This document shows positions 1-9,939 of a stretch of 29,853 nt of DNA, piece after piece. Location: NCBI GenBank assembly GCA_964510585.1, contig CAZECW010000202.1:1-29853 (forward strand), in the 5' to 3' direction. This DNA is from an uncultured archaeon (GTDB taxonomy: Archaea > Asgardarchaeota > Jordiarchaeia > Jordiarchaeales > Jordiarchaeaceae). The position numbers were made by a program, and so were the translations under genes. The notes beneath the pieces are model-generated. The model did not search any database, was not told where the DNA came from, and saw only the letters and a program-made list of their open reading frames with translations. Every line of letters begins with the position of its first letter. Position 1 is the stretch's first letter.

Positions 1-243
1 CCTGGAAATAAGCCCTCATAGAGCTCATTTTGCCAAAAGGAGGAACAATGGGGAGGGAACTGGAACCGCCAGAATTCGGCTTTAAACCAAACTCAAGGCG
101 AAACTCCAAGCGATTTGCACCAGAAAACTTTTTACGCCCTATTTTCAAAAGTTTTATTACCTCTAAAAACTATTTTTTAACTTGGGAATGCGGTCAAAAT
201 AGATTCAGCCTCATAAAAAATTTGTGTTTTTGAGGTTAAAAAA

Positions 244-600
244 ATGGCTGAACACATCCCTATAGATGAAATGATAAAACTCATCGAAATTAATGTGGGG
301 AACTGGAAACCAGTAGCGGTTGCCATTATTGATAAAAATTTTAAGATTTGGGCAATGAGGGGGAGTATGCCTCAAAAGATATTAGATCTTTTTGCCAACC
401 AATCACTGGATGAGATGAGGCCAGGTGACAGTATTCATTATGACAGCACATTCCTAATGAAGGTCACTGAAAAAACAGCAGCCATTGTATCCATGTGTGA
501 TGTGAGGCTCTCCATTCTTGCTTCGGCAAATCTAAGGGGAAGAATAAACGCGCTTTCCGAGTTTTACAAGCTAGAAAAGTTTATCGACGACCATTTTTAA
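244..600 (+). CDS. Hypothetical protein, probable roadblock/profilin/longin-like alpha-beta sandwich fold
   Basis: 118-aa ORF with ATG. The pattern helix (IDEMIKLIEIN), strand-strand (VAVAIID-KIWAM), helix, three strands, C-terminal helix matches roadblock/profilin topology. The fold is inferred, not searched. Confidence 0.55.
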   Translation: MAEHIPIDEMIKLIEINVGNWKPVAVAIIDKNFKIWAMRGSMPQKILDLFANQSLDEMRPGDSIHYDSTFLMKVTEKTAAIVSMCDVRLSILASANLRGRINALSEFYKLEKFIDDHF

Positions 601-811
601 GTGATTACTTGTTTGTTTTTGTCTCCGGAGGGGAGGTTTAAGGCTTCTTTTTCCTAGTTCCAAAGCTCAAGAGTTGGGTGAATCTAGCTTCAAACGATTC
701 CTAATCTCCAAATTTTCCCTTTGGTCTTTAAACTGCTTTTCAGGATAATAAATTTATTAACTTAATATTTTTTATTTAAGATTTGTACTAAAGAGAAGGA
801 GAGTGGTTTAA

Positions 812-1981
812 GTGAAGTTTTGGAATAGTGTTGAAAAAGAAATTGTGGAGGATGAACTTGTTTCCCTTGTTCGGGAGTTAATCAAAATTCCAAGCTACGC
901 AGAGATTAAAGATGGGGAGAAGAGAGTAGCTGAATACTTGGCTAACTTTTTTAGAGAAAATGGGCTTTCCCCCGAAATCCGAGAAGTCGGAAGCGGAGTT
1001 AACATAATTGTTTCATTTGGCGCAGTCGAAGCTAATTCTCCCTCATTGATGTTTAACGGCCACCTTGACACGGTTCCGGTGGAAAACATGACTGTCCCTC
1101 CGTTCGATGCAGAAATTAGGGAGGGGAAAATCTATGGAAGAGGAGCCTGCGACATGAAGGGGGGTCTGGGAAGCATGGCTATGGCTTTAGTGGCGCTGAA
1201 AAGGGCTGGAGTTAAACTTAGGGGGAGACTTGTTTTCACTGGAGTTTCTGCTGAAGAGGCTGGAAGCTGGGGAACAAAGGAGATAGTAAACTCTGGGCCG
1301 CTAACCGATTGTGTGATTGTGGGTGAACCAACCAATCTAGAAATAGTTTCTGCATCCAAGGGAATCATTTTGGCAATAATTGATGTTTTTGGAAAAGCTG
1401 CCCACGGAAGCACGCCTGAACTAGGCATCAACGCCATTTACAAAGCCGTGAAACTAATTCAAAAAGTTCAAGAGAAACTTCCCAAAATTTTTGAGAAAAA
1501 AAGGCACCCCCTTTTGGGCTCGCCCACCTTCAATCTGGGAACAATAAGGGGAGGAGAGAGATTCAACATTGTTCCCGAAAAGTGTAACTTGGTATTCGAC
1601 AGAAGAGTTCTACCAGGAGAAACCACGGAGGAAATAAACAAGGAATTCCAAGAAATAATTCAGTCCTTGAAAAGGGAGGACAGTGAATTCGACGCAAAAC
1701 TACAAATGTTGATGGGGCTTCCCCCCATGGACACACCCCTAGAATTGCCATTCATCAAGTGTCTAGGTGAAGCTGTAAAACAGGTGGTTGGCCGCACAGT
1801 TTACTCAGGAATACCGGGAGCTACGGATGCATCAATTTTCTCACAGCATGGAATTCCAGGCATAGTTTTTGGTCCAGGCCACCTGAGCAAAGCTCACACC
1901 CGTGATGAATACGTGGAAATTTCACAGCTCAAACAAGCAACCAAAATTTACGCACTCACCGCACTTAAATACTTAGGCTAA
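812..1981 (+). CDS. M20 family metallopeptidase (ArgE/DapE-like deacylase)
   Basis: Intact motifs FNGHLDTV, GRGACDMKGG, EEAGS, GEPT, G(K)AAHGS and HTRDEY. GTG start follows GGAG. Confidence 0.93.
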   Translation: MKFWNSVEKEIVEDELVSLVRELIKIPSYAEIKDGEKRVAEYLANFFRENGLSPEIREVGSGVNIIVSFGAVEANSPSLMFNGHLDTVPVENMTVPPFDAEIREGKIYGRGACDMKGGLGSMAMALVALKRAGVKLRGRLVFTGVSAEEAGSWGTKEIVNSGPLTDCVIVGEPTNLEIVSASKGIILAIIDVFGKAAHGSTPELGINAIYKAVKLIQKVQEKLPKIFEKKRHPLLGSPTFNLGTIRGGERFNIVPEKCNLVFDRRVLPGETTEEINKEFQEIIQSLKREDSEFDAKLQMLMGLPPMDTPLELPFIKCLGEAVKQVVGRTVYSGIPGATDASIFSQHGIPGIVFGPGHLSKAHTRDEYVEISQLKQATKIYALTALKYLG

Positions 1982-2170
1982 TGGTAACCAAAACACTCTC
2001 CCATAAGTCTTTACCAAAACCGCCTTCTAAAGGGGAGAGAAAAAGTTTTCTTTTTCTAAAATTTTATTAGAAAAACTATTGTTTGTTTACTTTTTCACAC
2101 ACATTTATTAGTGATTGATGTTTATAATTATTTTAAATCGTCAAAAATGGTTGAGAGAGGGACAGGAGTC

Positions 2171-2434
2171 ATGATTGACAAATCGATTCAAATCCTTTGT
2201 GCACTGAAGAATGATGTTTGTGAGACAATTCAGGTAATAATTGATTTGGAGAAGAATGTTATAACTGTTAACCCTGAAAAATGCCTTGAGTGCCCATTCT
2301 TAGAAGAGAAAGTGAGGAAGTCGGTGATAGTATTATCTGGTTCTCCAATACCTGAACTGTATAGAAAAACTCCCACATTTGTGGTAGACTTTGATTTTAC
2401 TTTTCCCAGGAGAACAGTGGAAACTAAACCATAA
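2171..2434 (+). CDS. Small hypothetical protein with 4 Cys (C-x6-C ... CLEC), possibly metal-binding
   Basis: Track ORF 2111..2434. AGGAG directly precedes the ATG at 2171, which favours that start. Confidence 0.55.
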   Translation: MIDKSIQILCALKNDVCETIQVIIDLEKNVITVNPEKCLECPFLEEKVRKSVIVLSGSPIPELYRKTPTFVVDFDFTFPRRTVETKP

Positions 2435-2568
2435 ACCCAGACCAAAAATAGAAGCTTAATATTCAAAATTTAGTGTGGAAGATCTCCCACCTAGAGCCCA
2501 CGCCTAATGGTTTATGAACTGGTAGGGCTTAGCATGTATTTGACTTTAAGGGTTGTCCTTTTCCCATT

Positions 2569-3360
2569 TTAAAGTTTCATGTGTTTTTTGAGAATGGCTG
2601 TTTTTTGGGCGCAGGTTTGGAGCAGTTTTCTTGTTCCTCCTGCTTGGCTTATGACTTCGAGCATTTTTTGGGGATTGTAGATTTTTACTCCCATAACAGC
2701 TGTGACTCCTCTTTCAAATAGTGGCTGGGGAGTGAAGCTAGCCGTGGGCCCAACTAACGCCACTTCACGCATTTCCTTACAGTGCTTTAATACGTTGTCG
2801 ACTGTGTGATTCACAAGGGTGCTTCCAGTTATTATTGCAATGTCCTTGTCCATGCTTAATTCCTCGAGTTGCTCTTCCGTGGCAACTTTAACTATAGGAT
2901 TGGAAATATTTCTTCTCTCTATGACCGTTATTTCCCTAGTTTTCTCCAGTAGCTTGGGTATTACTGGTGCAAAGTAGCCTACCATTAAGATTTTGTCATT
3001 CGGCACCACCAAATCCAAAATGTCAGTATCACTGAAAGGATAAAGGTTAGGCTTACTCTTGAAAGCTATTTGGGAAAGAGCGTTTATTGTCGCTACACCT
3101 ATAGCGGCACTTATTAGGTTTCGGGAAGTGGCAAAAAACATCATATCTCGAGCAGTTGAACCCTGTAATTCACCGGCTTCTTCAAGAGTTTCACATTCGG
3201 GAGGGTCTCCTCGTAGAACGTGCGCTAGTCCCGCTTCTCCACTTGAAAGCATTACTCCCGCATATTCTAGCCCTACTCTCACCTCACAGACTCTAACATC
3301 ATCTAAGCACCAGGCTAACTCCTTTTCCAAGTATTTTATTAGACTCTCAACTGAACCCAT
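2569..3360 (-). CDS. DUF364-family Rossmann-like protein (putative heavy-metal chelation domain)
   Basis: Motifs AAIGVATINAL, ILMVGYF, IITGSTLVNHT, LVGPTAS. ATG at 3360 preferred over the track start at 3387. Confidence 0.85.
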   Translation of the reverse strand: MGSVESLIKYLEKELAWCLDDVRVCEVRVGLEYAGVMLSSGEAGLAHVLRGDPPECETLEEAGELQGSTARDMMFFATSRNLISAAIGVATINALSQIAFKSKPNLYPFSDTDILDLVVPNDKILMVGYFAPVIPKLLEKTREITVIERRNISNPIVKVATEEQLEELSMDKDIAIITGSTLVNHTVDNVLKHCKEMREVALVGPTASFTPQPLFERGVTAVMGVKIYNPQKMLEVISQAGGTRKLLQTCAQKTAILKKHMKL

Positions 3361-3536
3361 ACTAAAACCCCTATGGACAACACTCAATCTTTAAATATGC
3401 ATACTAGGATACCAAACTTGGCTAAAAAATCAAGTGTATTTTTCTAGCAATTATTTATTTTCGGCAATACTTGATCTTTGTACAGATTGAGTGTTGATTA
3501 CATAATTGGGAGTGTATGAATAAATCTATTTATTGG

Positions 3537-5150
3537 TTAGCCTAAGGCTCCTCTAATTTTTCCTGCATAGAGAATCAGTTTTTGGGCTATTTCAAACATT
3601 TCTTCTCCCTGAATAATGTCGAAGAGCCCTTCTTTTTTGATGTCCCCCTTGGAGAGGGTGTGTGCTGAGAGGTACTCTGAAATCATATGCACCACTATTT
3701 CGTTGGACATTTCTGGATTCATATCAACATTGATGAATTCATTAATTTGTTTTAAGTCCTCCTTTACCTGTTCGCAGAGCCTTTTTGGCAGTACTTTTTG
3801 GACTGCGTCCATACAGATGAACCTTGAAGCAAAACTTAAGGATTCTTTTAGGGAAGGATAGTAGGTGTCTAGTAGTTTTTCCAGAGCGTCACTCTTCCAC
3901 TCGTTGACGGCGTTTAGTCCGCGTCCAGTGCCAATAAGTTCGGGAGGAAGCCCTATGCTATAAAGTGTGGCGGTAAAGGGAATAGGCTTAACTTTGGACT
4001 CGAATTTAAGTTCTCCAAATTTTAGAAGCTGCTTAGATATTTCTTTCTCCGTACACATTTTGGCCATCTGTTTAATCGTATCCTGGAAGGATGTTTGTCC
4101 GGTATCTTGGACGTTTATTGGCTTCTCGCGTTGGGAGGGGATCAAATCAAATATTCTTGTATCTAGTAGAATTTCATATAGGCTTTCCCAGTATTTGGCT
4201 GTAAATAGGCTAATTATGTTTACCATTTCATTTTTTTCTCTTTTTGAGAATGAGAGTGGTTTCTGCGATTGCAGTTTTTCTCTTAGCAGAGCAGACATTT
4301 TTTGGGTTTCCCTTCGATCAATATCATATCTTAGGCTTGGAGGAATGGTTAACGTTGATATCCCCGCGTATTCGGCTAGAATATTATCCAGATACTTAGG
4401 GTTACAGAATCCTCTGAATGGTAGAAAACCCGCATTTAAGATAGGGTATATTGGTGTGCCGGTTTCCTCTCTGAGCGCCGCAAGATCCGATATGGCGATT
4501 TTGGTGGCGAGTGTGGAGGGTACGAGTCCACAACTCATTGCGCAATCGGATCTTCCAAGAAATATTCTTAAATATCCTAGGGGAGTCAGCATGGAGGGGT
4601 AGGCTTTAAAATATTCCGAGACAATGTTTGAAATGTTTAGTAGGGAGGGCAAGTCCTTTATGAAGGGGATAATTTGAATGTCCTTAAGTTTAGCCGTTGG
4701 ATCAATAGTTTCCAGGATGTAGTTTTTAAGGATGTTAAAGTTCATTTCAATGCGGGTTAGTTCTTTGGGGAACTCTGTAAGGGGGTGGATGACCTCGTAA
4801 ATTGCCCCTCCATTCGTTTCGTTTCTCAAAATATAGTTTACTTCAATTATTTTTTGGAAAATGGCCATCCTTCTGAAACCAGGCTCATAATTGCCTGGGG
4901 GAACACTTGGTGTAAGATTAATGTTGAAGCTGGGAATTAAACCTTTATCCTTTAGTTTTTTAACTATCTCTTCTATGTGGTTAAAGGGTGTTAGTTTGGA
5001 TGTAAAGTCTATTACTTGCTCTTCTATTCCGAATCCTCCATCTTCACGGGAGGATAGACAGGTAACCGCTTCTTCTATCTCTTCGTCGAAACCGACGTAG
5101 GCTGTAGCGGAATCTGCATCTTGGGTTGCAACGGTGGCGGGAACACGCAT
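3537..5150 (-). CDS. ppcA: Archaeal-type phosphoenolpyruvate carboxylase (PpcA) homologue, apparently catalytically degenerate
   Basis: Colinear family motifs GGFGIEE, DFxxKLTP, RIFLGRSD, LPFRG, LRYD, YSIGLPPELIG and terminal GKIRGALG. The TQHPD motif reads TQDAD. ATG at 5150 gives 537 aa. Confidence 0.88.
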   Translation of the reverse strand: MRVPATVATQDADSATAYVGFDEEIEEAVTCLSSREDGGFGIEEQVIDFTSKLTPFNHIEEIVKKLKDKGLIPSFNINLTPSVPPGNYEPGFRRMAIFQKIIEVNYILRNETNGGAIYEVIHPLTEFPKELTRIEMNFNILKNYILETIDPTAKLKDIQIIPFIKDLPSLLNISNIVSEYFKAYPSMLTPLGYLRIFLGRSDCAMSCGLVPSTLATKIAISDLAALREETGTPIYPILNAGFLPFRGFCNPKYLDNILAEYAGISTLTIPPSLRYDIDRRETQKMSALLREKLQSQKPLSFSKREKNEMVNIISLFTAKYWESLYEILLDTRIFDLIPSQREKPINVQDTGQTSFQDTIKQMAKMCTEKEISKQLLKFGELKFESKVKPIPFTATLYSIGLPPELIGTGRGLNAVNEWKSDALEKLLDTYYPSLKESLSFASRFICMDAVQKVLPKRLCEQVKEDLKQINEFINVDMNPEMSNEIVVHMISEYLSAHTLSKGDIKKEGLFDIIQGEEMFEIAQKLILYAGKIRGALG

Positions 5151-5381
5151 AGATTTACACCCTTTTTTCTCTCCTCTGAGTCCCAACATTTTCCAAAAGT
5201 TTCTACTTAATTATTAATATGTTTAAATTAAAAAAACTTAACCTTAGAAAAAGGTTAAAATGATTTAAATGGGTTAAATATAATTCTAGAAATTAATGTT
5301 TCATGGAACATTTAACATTACAAATTTGAATGTTCTCTGCGAAAATAAATTCTGCTCAAAAATTAAATTCGGTGCAGTATC

Positions 5382-5843
5382 ATGCCTGACATTCATATTA
5401 GGGAGTACAAGTTTGAGGATGGGGATGAGGTGGAAGAACTTTTTCGCCACCACACAGAGAAGCACTTACGTAGATCAACGTCCCTTTTCTACAAAAAGGC
5501 TTTGGACGGAAAGCCTCCAGAGGATGTTGTAGCGGTAGTGGCAATTGCTAATGGTAGAGTTGTGGGATTCAGCGGAGTTAAGTTGCTGGGTGAAGGAAAA
5601 GTTATGTATCCCGCCACGATAGTTCATAGGGATTTTAGGAACAGAGGAATTGGAAAAATGCTGATGAGGAAAAAATTGGAAATAGCCCGCGAAAAGGGAC
5701 TTAGAGAGTACACTTCAATTGTTGGTGAGGAAAATATTGCTTCACGCAGAATGTTAGAAAGTCTGGGAAACTTTGAAATTGTTGAAAAAGGGAAATATGA
5801 TGAAAACAAAAAATGGGTAAAATACGCGAAAAAACTTATCTAA
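5382..5843 (+). CDS. GNAT-family N-acetyltransferase
   Basis: Acetyl-CoA motif A (VHRDFRNRGIG) and C-terminal NIASRRMLESLG. Confidence 0.9.
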   Translation: MPDIHIREYKFEDGDEVEELFRHHTEKHLRRSTSLFYKKALDGKPPEDVVAVVAIANGRVVGFSGVKLLGEGKVMYPATIVHRDFRNRGIGKMLMRKKLEIAREKGLREYTSIVGEENIASRRMLESLGNFEIVEKGKYDENKKWVKYAKKLI

Positions 5844-5989
5844 ACTTAAAAATGCTGGGCATGTTTCTTGGAATAGTTTAAAAGGTGGAGAAAAATATTA
5901 AACTCACAACTCAATTCCCCGTCTCTAAAATACCTTTTCAATCAAGAGAGGGAATTGTTTAAATCAGTTATTTTCAGGATGTGTATCCA

Positions 5990-6850
5990 ATGAGCGGTAA
6001 AACAGAAGCTTCCCGACTTCTCAGTGAAGGTAAAGAACTAATCAAAAAGGGAGACTATGAAAAGGCAGAAAAAATGTTCAAAGAAGCGCTGAAAAAATTT
6101 ACAAAAGAAGGTAACAACCGAGGCGTGGCAGAATCTGAAACACATCTGGGAATAGCTCTACAATATCAAGGAAAGTTGAAACAGGCAAAAGAGCACTTAG
6201 AGAGGGCTCTAAAGCTCCATGAGGATTTAGATTACAAGCCGGGAATCTCAAGAGTGTACACAAATCTAGGGAACATAAATCTACTAACATCTAAAGACTT
6301 TGAGAAGTCTCTTGAACTCCACCAAAAAGCTCTAAATATAGCCAGAGAAGCTAAGGACCAAGCGGGAGAAGCCAGGGCCCTTACAAATATTGGCTATGTT
6401 CAATTTAGACAACAAAAACTGGATGAGGCATTGGATACCCTGAATGAAGCCCTAAAAATCGCAAACAATGCCAAAGACGAACACATTCGCGCCGTCGCGT
6501 TATCCAACATAGGAATAATATTGTTCAACATGAAGCGATACGACGAGGCTCTCGAAAAACACAAGGAAGTGGCGGAGATTTTTGAGAAGTGGGGAAACAA
6601 GAAAAGATTAGCAATAGAACACAGACAAATTGGATTAATCTTGGAAAAGCAGAACAGGTACGATGAAGCTGCTAAACACTACCAGATTTCCCAAAAACTT
6701 TACGATGAAACCGGTCAGAAAAGCGAAAAGAAAATGGTGAAATCTATGTTAAACGCGGTAAAGACCAGAAAGAGGGAATGCCCATCATGCAAAACAGTAA
6801 TACTGGTACCAGAGTTAAAATATTGCCCCATCTGTAACAAGGATTTGTAA
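5990..6850 (+). CDS. Tetratricopeptide-repeat protein with C-terminal Zn ribbon
   Basis: About 6 TPR-like repeats (e.g. ARALTNIGYV, AVALSNIGII, SRVYTNLGNI) and terminal CPSC-x12-CPIC. ATG at 5990 (track start is GTG 5981). Confidence 0.88.
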   Translation: MSGKTEASRLLSEGKELIKKGDYEKAEKMFKEALKKFTKEGNNRGVAESETHLGIALQYQGKLKQAKEHLERALKLHEDLDYKPGISRVYTNLGNINLLTSKDFEKSLELHQKALNIAREAKDQAGEARALTNIGYVQFRQQKLDEALDTLNEALKIANNAKDEHIRAVALSNIGIILFNMKRYDEALEKHKEVAEIFEKWGNKKRLAIEHRQIGLILEKQNRYDEAAKHYQISQKLYDETGQKSEKKMVKSMLNAVKTRKRECPSCKTVILVPELKYCPICNKDL

Positions 6851-7001
6851 ACCAACGAAAGGAGGCAGCTCACTCCACCAATGCACCGCGAAAAAAGTTT
6901 AAACTATTATTTTGGCACATCCCAAACATTGGCAAGTCTTTAAACGTGAGTATGTGTTTATTGTTAATAGCTCCATTTGAAAATTTGGAAGGTTTTAGGC
7001 T

Positions 7002-7412
7002 ATGACTAAGAATAATGAGTTAACTCCAAGAATCGCTGTGGATGCCATAATTGTTAAGGGTGACTGCGTAGTCTTAATTAAAAGAAAGAACCCCCCTTTC
7101 CAAGATTATTATGCCCTTCCGGGAGGATTTGTGGAAGTAGGAGAATATGTTGAGGAAGCGGTGGTGAGGGAAGTTAAAGAAGAAACGGGGTTAGATGTTG
7201 AGGTAGAGAAGTTCTCAGGAATCTATGATGATCCAAAGCGTGACCCTCGAGGACACGTTGTAAGTATAGCATATGTTTGTAGGGTGGTGGGTGGAGAACT
7301 TAAAGCCATGACGGATGCCAAAGACGTTTACTGTATACCCATAAAGGAAATTAAAAATATCAAATTAGCTTTTGACCACGCAAAAATTCTCTCAGACGCT
7401 GGAATACTCTAG
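7002..7412 (+). CDS. Nudix hydrolase (ADP-ribose pyrophosphatase-like)
   Basis: Complete Nudix box GGFVEVGEYVEEAVVREVKEETG, plus RDPRGH and LAFDH. Confidence 0.93.
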   Translation: MTKNNELTPRIAVDAIIVKGDCVVLIKRKNPPFQDYYALPGGFVEVGEYVEEAVVREVKEETGLDVEVEKFSGIYDDPKRDPRGHVVSIAYVCRVVGGELKAMTDAKDVYCIPIKEIKNIKLAFDHAKILSDAGIL

Positions 7413-7451
7413 GTGCTTTTGAGCAGTATTTACCCTTCTTGTTCTGAATTT

Positions 7452-8966
7452 TTAGCTACGTACTCGGTAAACTATCATGTAGGGAAATCCTTGATAGTAA
7501 ATTACTAGTTCCCTTTGGTACAGAGGACTTGTTTCCAAATGCAGTAGGGACGTTAGCGGCACGTAGTTGAAGAGGCTCACGAATATTGCTCCTATGTGTC
7601 CGCTCCTCGCCCAGTCATCAAGCCATGAGGGGATGTCGGGAATCCACAGGCACAGTCTATCAGTGTAGTGTGTAGCCATGGGGTATACGTTGGTGAGTAT
7701 TATTTGCCAGGGATACGTGGTGTTTTTTAGGTACTGGTAAACGGGTAGAGGCTGTAATACTTCTGGATTGGTGCGAACAATGTAGACTCCGATGAAGCCT
7801 CCTGTGATGTTGAGGATTAACAGTAAAACTGCTAAGTTCTTCCTGTTTCTCAGAGGGTTCCCCCTGACAATATTTAGGATGTTTTTTCTATCATGAAACT
7901 CGTCTGTTAGAAATATGGCTAAACCGAATCCTGTAAGGATGCAGAAGGCGGGAAGGGAGGTTTGATTGTACCGGAAGAAATCCACCGGTCTCGAGTTCGG
8001 CATTAGAAGAAGGTAGGCCAGTAGAGAGGAGAGTATCCAGAATAGTAGTGTTCTACCTTGCGGGCTGCTTTTCTCGGCTTGGGATGCCTTATAAAAGTAT
8101 GGCAACAAGAATGCAGGGGTAACTATGGGGATTAGGGCATAAGCTAGGGATTCCAAATAGAATAGTACAAGTTGAAGTGGGTTTGGTGGGGCGAATATAT
8201 TAGAGTAGGGTGTTCTGCTCCAGCTTTGTGTAGACGTGAAAAATAGCCTTATGAAACCCAGCCAATCTCCAGTGTTAATTTTGCTGAAATATAACCAGGG
8301 GGCAGCTGTTAGAAGGGCGCAAATTATTCCCAGATATAGCCATGGGGATTTTAGTGTGTTTCTCAAATTTTTGGAGAGAATTATGTACGCTAAACCCACG
8401 AACAGGATGAGGGCTCCCGGATATCTGGAGAGGAAACTTAAAGTGAGAGAGACTCCGGCTGGCACATAGTATTTGGGATTTTTTTGGGCTCTCACTATGA
8501 ATAGGAGGAATAGAGAAGAAAACAGTATGTAGGGAACCTCACTCAGTATACCCCAAACAATGATGAAAAATGTTAGCCCACAGCTCAGGGCCAGAGCTGA
8601 GAATTTGCCCACAGTTTCACTATACATTTCCTTCCCCAAAAGGTAGACCGCATAAATTCCAGCCAGGGAAATCAAGAAACTAACCATCTGGGCAACAATT
8701 ATGTTTGGCGTGGTAACCAAATAAACCAAAAAGATGGTGAAGGGTAATAGGGGAACCCTTGAAAAGTCCAAAAGCACCTGGAGAGGTTGATAGCACAAAA
8801 AGCCAAAATAAAAGAAATCATTTGCCAGATTAGCATAAACCGCCTCATCCCATGTTAAAGGCACAGGATAGGCTGAGAGCACACCTCTAACAGCATTCAC
8901 AACAATAATAAAGGTAAGCACCCAATCCATTTTCGAACGTAACTGGCTGAGCATAACACTCACCAT
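7452..8966 (-). CDS. GT-C membrane glycosyltransferase, ArnT/PMT-2 (GT83/GT39-like)
   Basis: Many hydrophobic segments, N-terminal loop WDEAVY motif, and LSFLSRYPG and PWLYF segments typical of the family. Confidence 0.85.
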   Translation of the reverse strand: MVSVMLSQLRSKMDWVLTFIIVVNAVRGVLSAYPVPLTWDEAVYANLANDFFYFGFLCYQPLQVLLDFSRVPLLPFTIFLVYLVTTPNIIVAQMVSFLISLAGIYAVYLLGKEMYSETVGKFSALALSCGLTFFIIVWGILSEVPYILFSSLFLLFIVRAQKNPKYYVPAGVSLTLSFLSRYPGALILFVGLAYIILSKNLRNTLKSPWLYLGIICALLTAAPWLYFSKINTGDWLGFIRLFFTSTQSWSRTPYSNIFAPPNPLQLVLFYLESLAYALIPIVTPAFLLPYFYKASQAEKSSPQGRTLLFWILSSLLAYLLLMPNSRPVDFFRYNQTSLPAFCILTGFGLAIFLTDEFHDRKNILNIVRGNPLRNRKNLAVLLLILNITGGFIGVYIVRTNPEVLQPLPVYQYLKNTTYPWQIILTNVYPMATHYTDRLCLWIPDIPSWLDDWARSGHIGAIFVSLFNYVPLTSLLHLETSPLYQRELVIYYQGFPYMIVYRVRS

Positions 8967-9204
8967 AAATGAAAATAGTGGTATCTTTTCTCCAATAAAA
9001 ATTCTTCGATGATTTAAGCTACAAAATAACCCGCAATAGCCTTTTCTTTATGAAAAAATTCTCATCTAAATGTGTAAGGGTACGGAGAAGTAGGACTTGT
9101 AACAAGTATTTAATGCGCAACGAAAAAATGAGGCTCCCCATAAGAAAGTTTCTAAAAGGTTTTTAAAGGGTAATTATTTCTAATATTAAGGAAGCGTTCT
9201 TATA

Positions 9205-9888
9205 CTATTTTGAAAGTTTTCCTTTGATGAGCCACCAGAGGCAGATTATCCCATCTTTCCACCCTATTTTAGCCTTACCCTTTCTTCTATAACAATATGA
9301 TATGGGTACCTCTAATATCCTTTTGCCATTTTTAAGCAGCTTCACCGTTATCTCCGGCTCCAATTCGAACCCCTTGCACTTTAAACTAATTCCGTCGAGG
9401 GCCTTTTTGAAGAAAACCTTATATCCAGTCATTATGTCCGTGATTGAATTTCTGAAAAGGAGGCGGGTGGCCCAAGAGAGAAGCCTGTTCCCGAAGTTGT
9501 GTGAAAAGGACATTCCATCAGCCACGCCAAGAAATCTTGAACCATAAACAGCATCTGCTTGTCCCTTGATGAGAGGTTCAAGTAGGCGGGGTATATCATT
9601 TGGGAAATATTCCAAGTCTGCATCCTGGATAACTATTATGTCGCCGGTTGCATGTAAAAGCCCAGTTTGAATAGCTTTCCCCTTTCCCAGGTTTTTTTTG
9701 TGCTGTAGCAGTTTAATGCCAGTTTGAGTTTTGATTTTTTCTACAGAACTGTCCTCAGACCCGTCGTCAATAACAATGATTTCCTTAGGATACCCCAAGT
9801 CAACTTTCTTGACCAAATCTATGATCTCAAGGATATTGTTCTCCTCATTATAACACGGTATAAGAATTGTTATCTTAATTTCCTCCAC
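9205..9888 (-). CDS. GT2 glycosyltransferase, polyprenol-phosphate sugar synthase (DPM1-like)
   Basis: IPCYNEE, IDDGSED, GKGKAI, QDADLEY, VYGSRF, DIMTGYK, GFELEPE. GTG start follows GGAGG. Confidence 0.93.
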   Translation of the reverse strand: MEEIKITILIPCYNEENNILEIIDLVKKVDLGYPKEIIVIDDGSEDSSVEKIKTQTGIKLLQHKKNLGKGKAIQTGLLHATGDIIVIQDADLEYFPNDIPRLLEPLIKGQADAVYGSRFLGVADGMSFSHNFGNRLLSWATRLLFRNSITDIMTGYKVFFKKALDGISLKCKGFELEPEITVKLLKNGKRILEVPISYCYRRKGKAKIGWKDGIICLWWLIKGKLSK

Positions 9889-9939
9889 GTGTCAACCTCC
9901 AGAGCCTAACGTTCAAGTTGTTTTCCACCTCGACTGGGC

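Noticed and set aside
30-233. 67-aa ORF at the window start
   Set aside because: No recognisable motif, and it runs through the AT-rich promoter region of the 244 gene. A gene leaving the left edge cannot be excluded.
2475-2529. Short hairpins between convergent genes considered as a SECIS or ncRNA
   Set aside because: Stems are only 4-5 bp, and neither flanking gene has an in-frame TGA in a redox motif.
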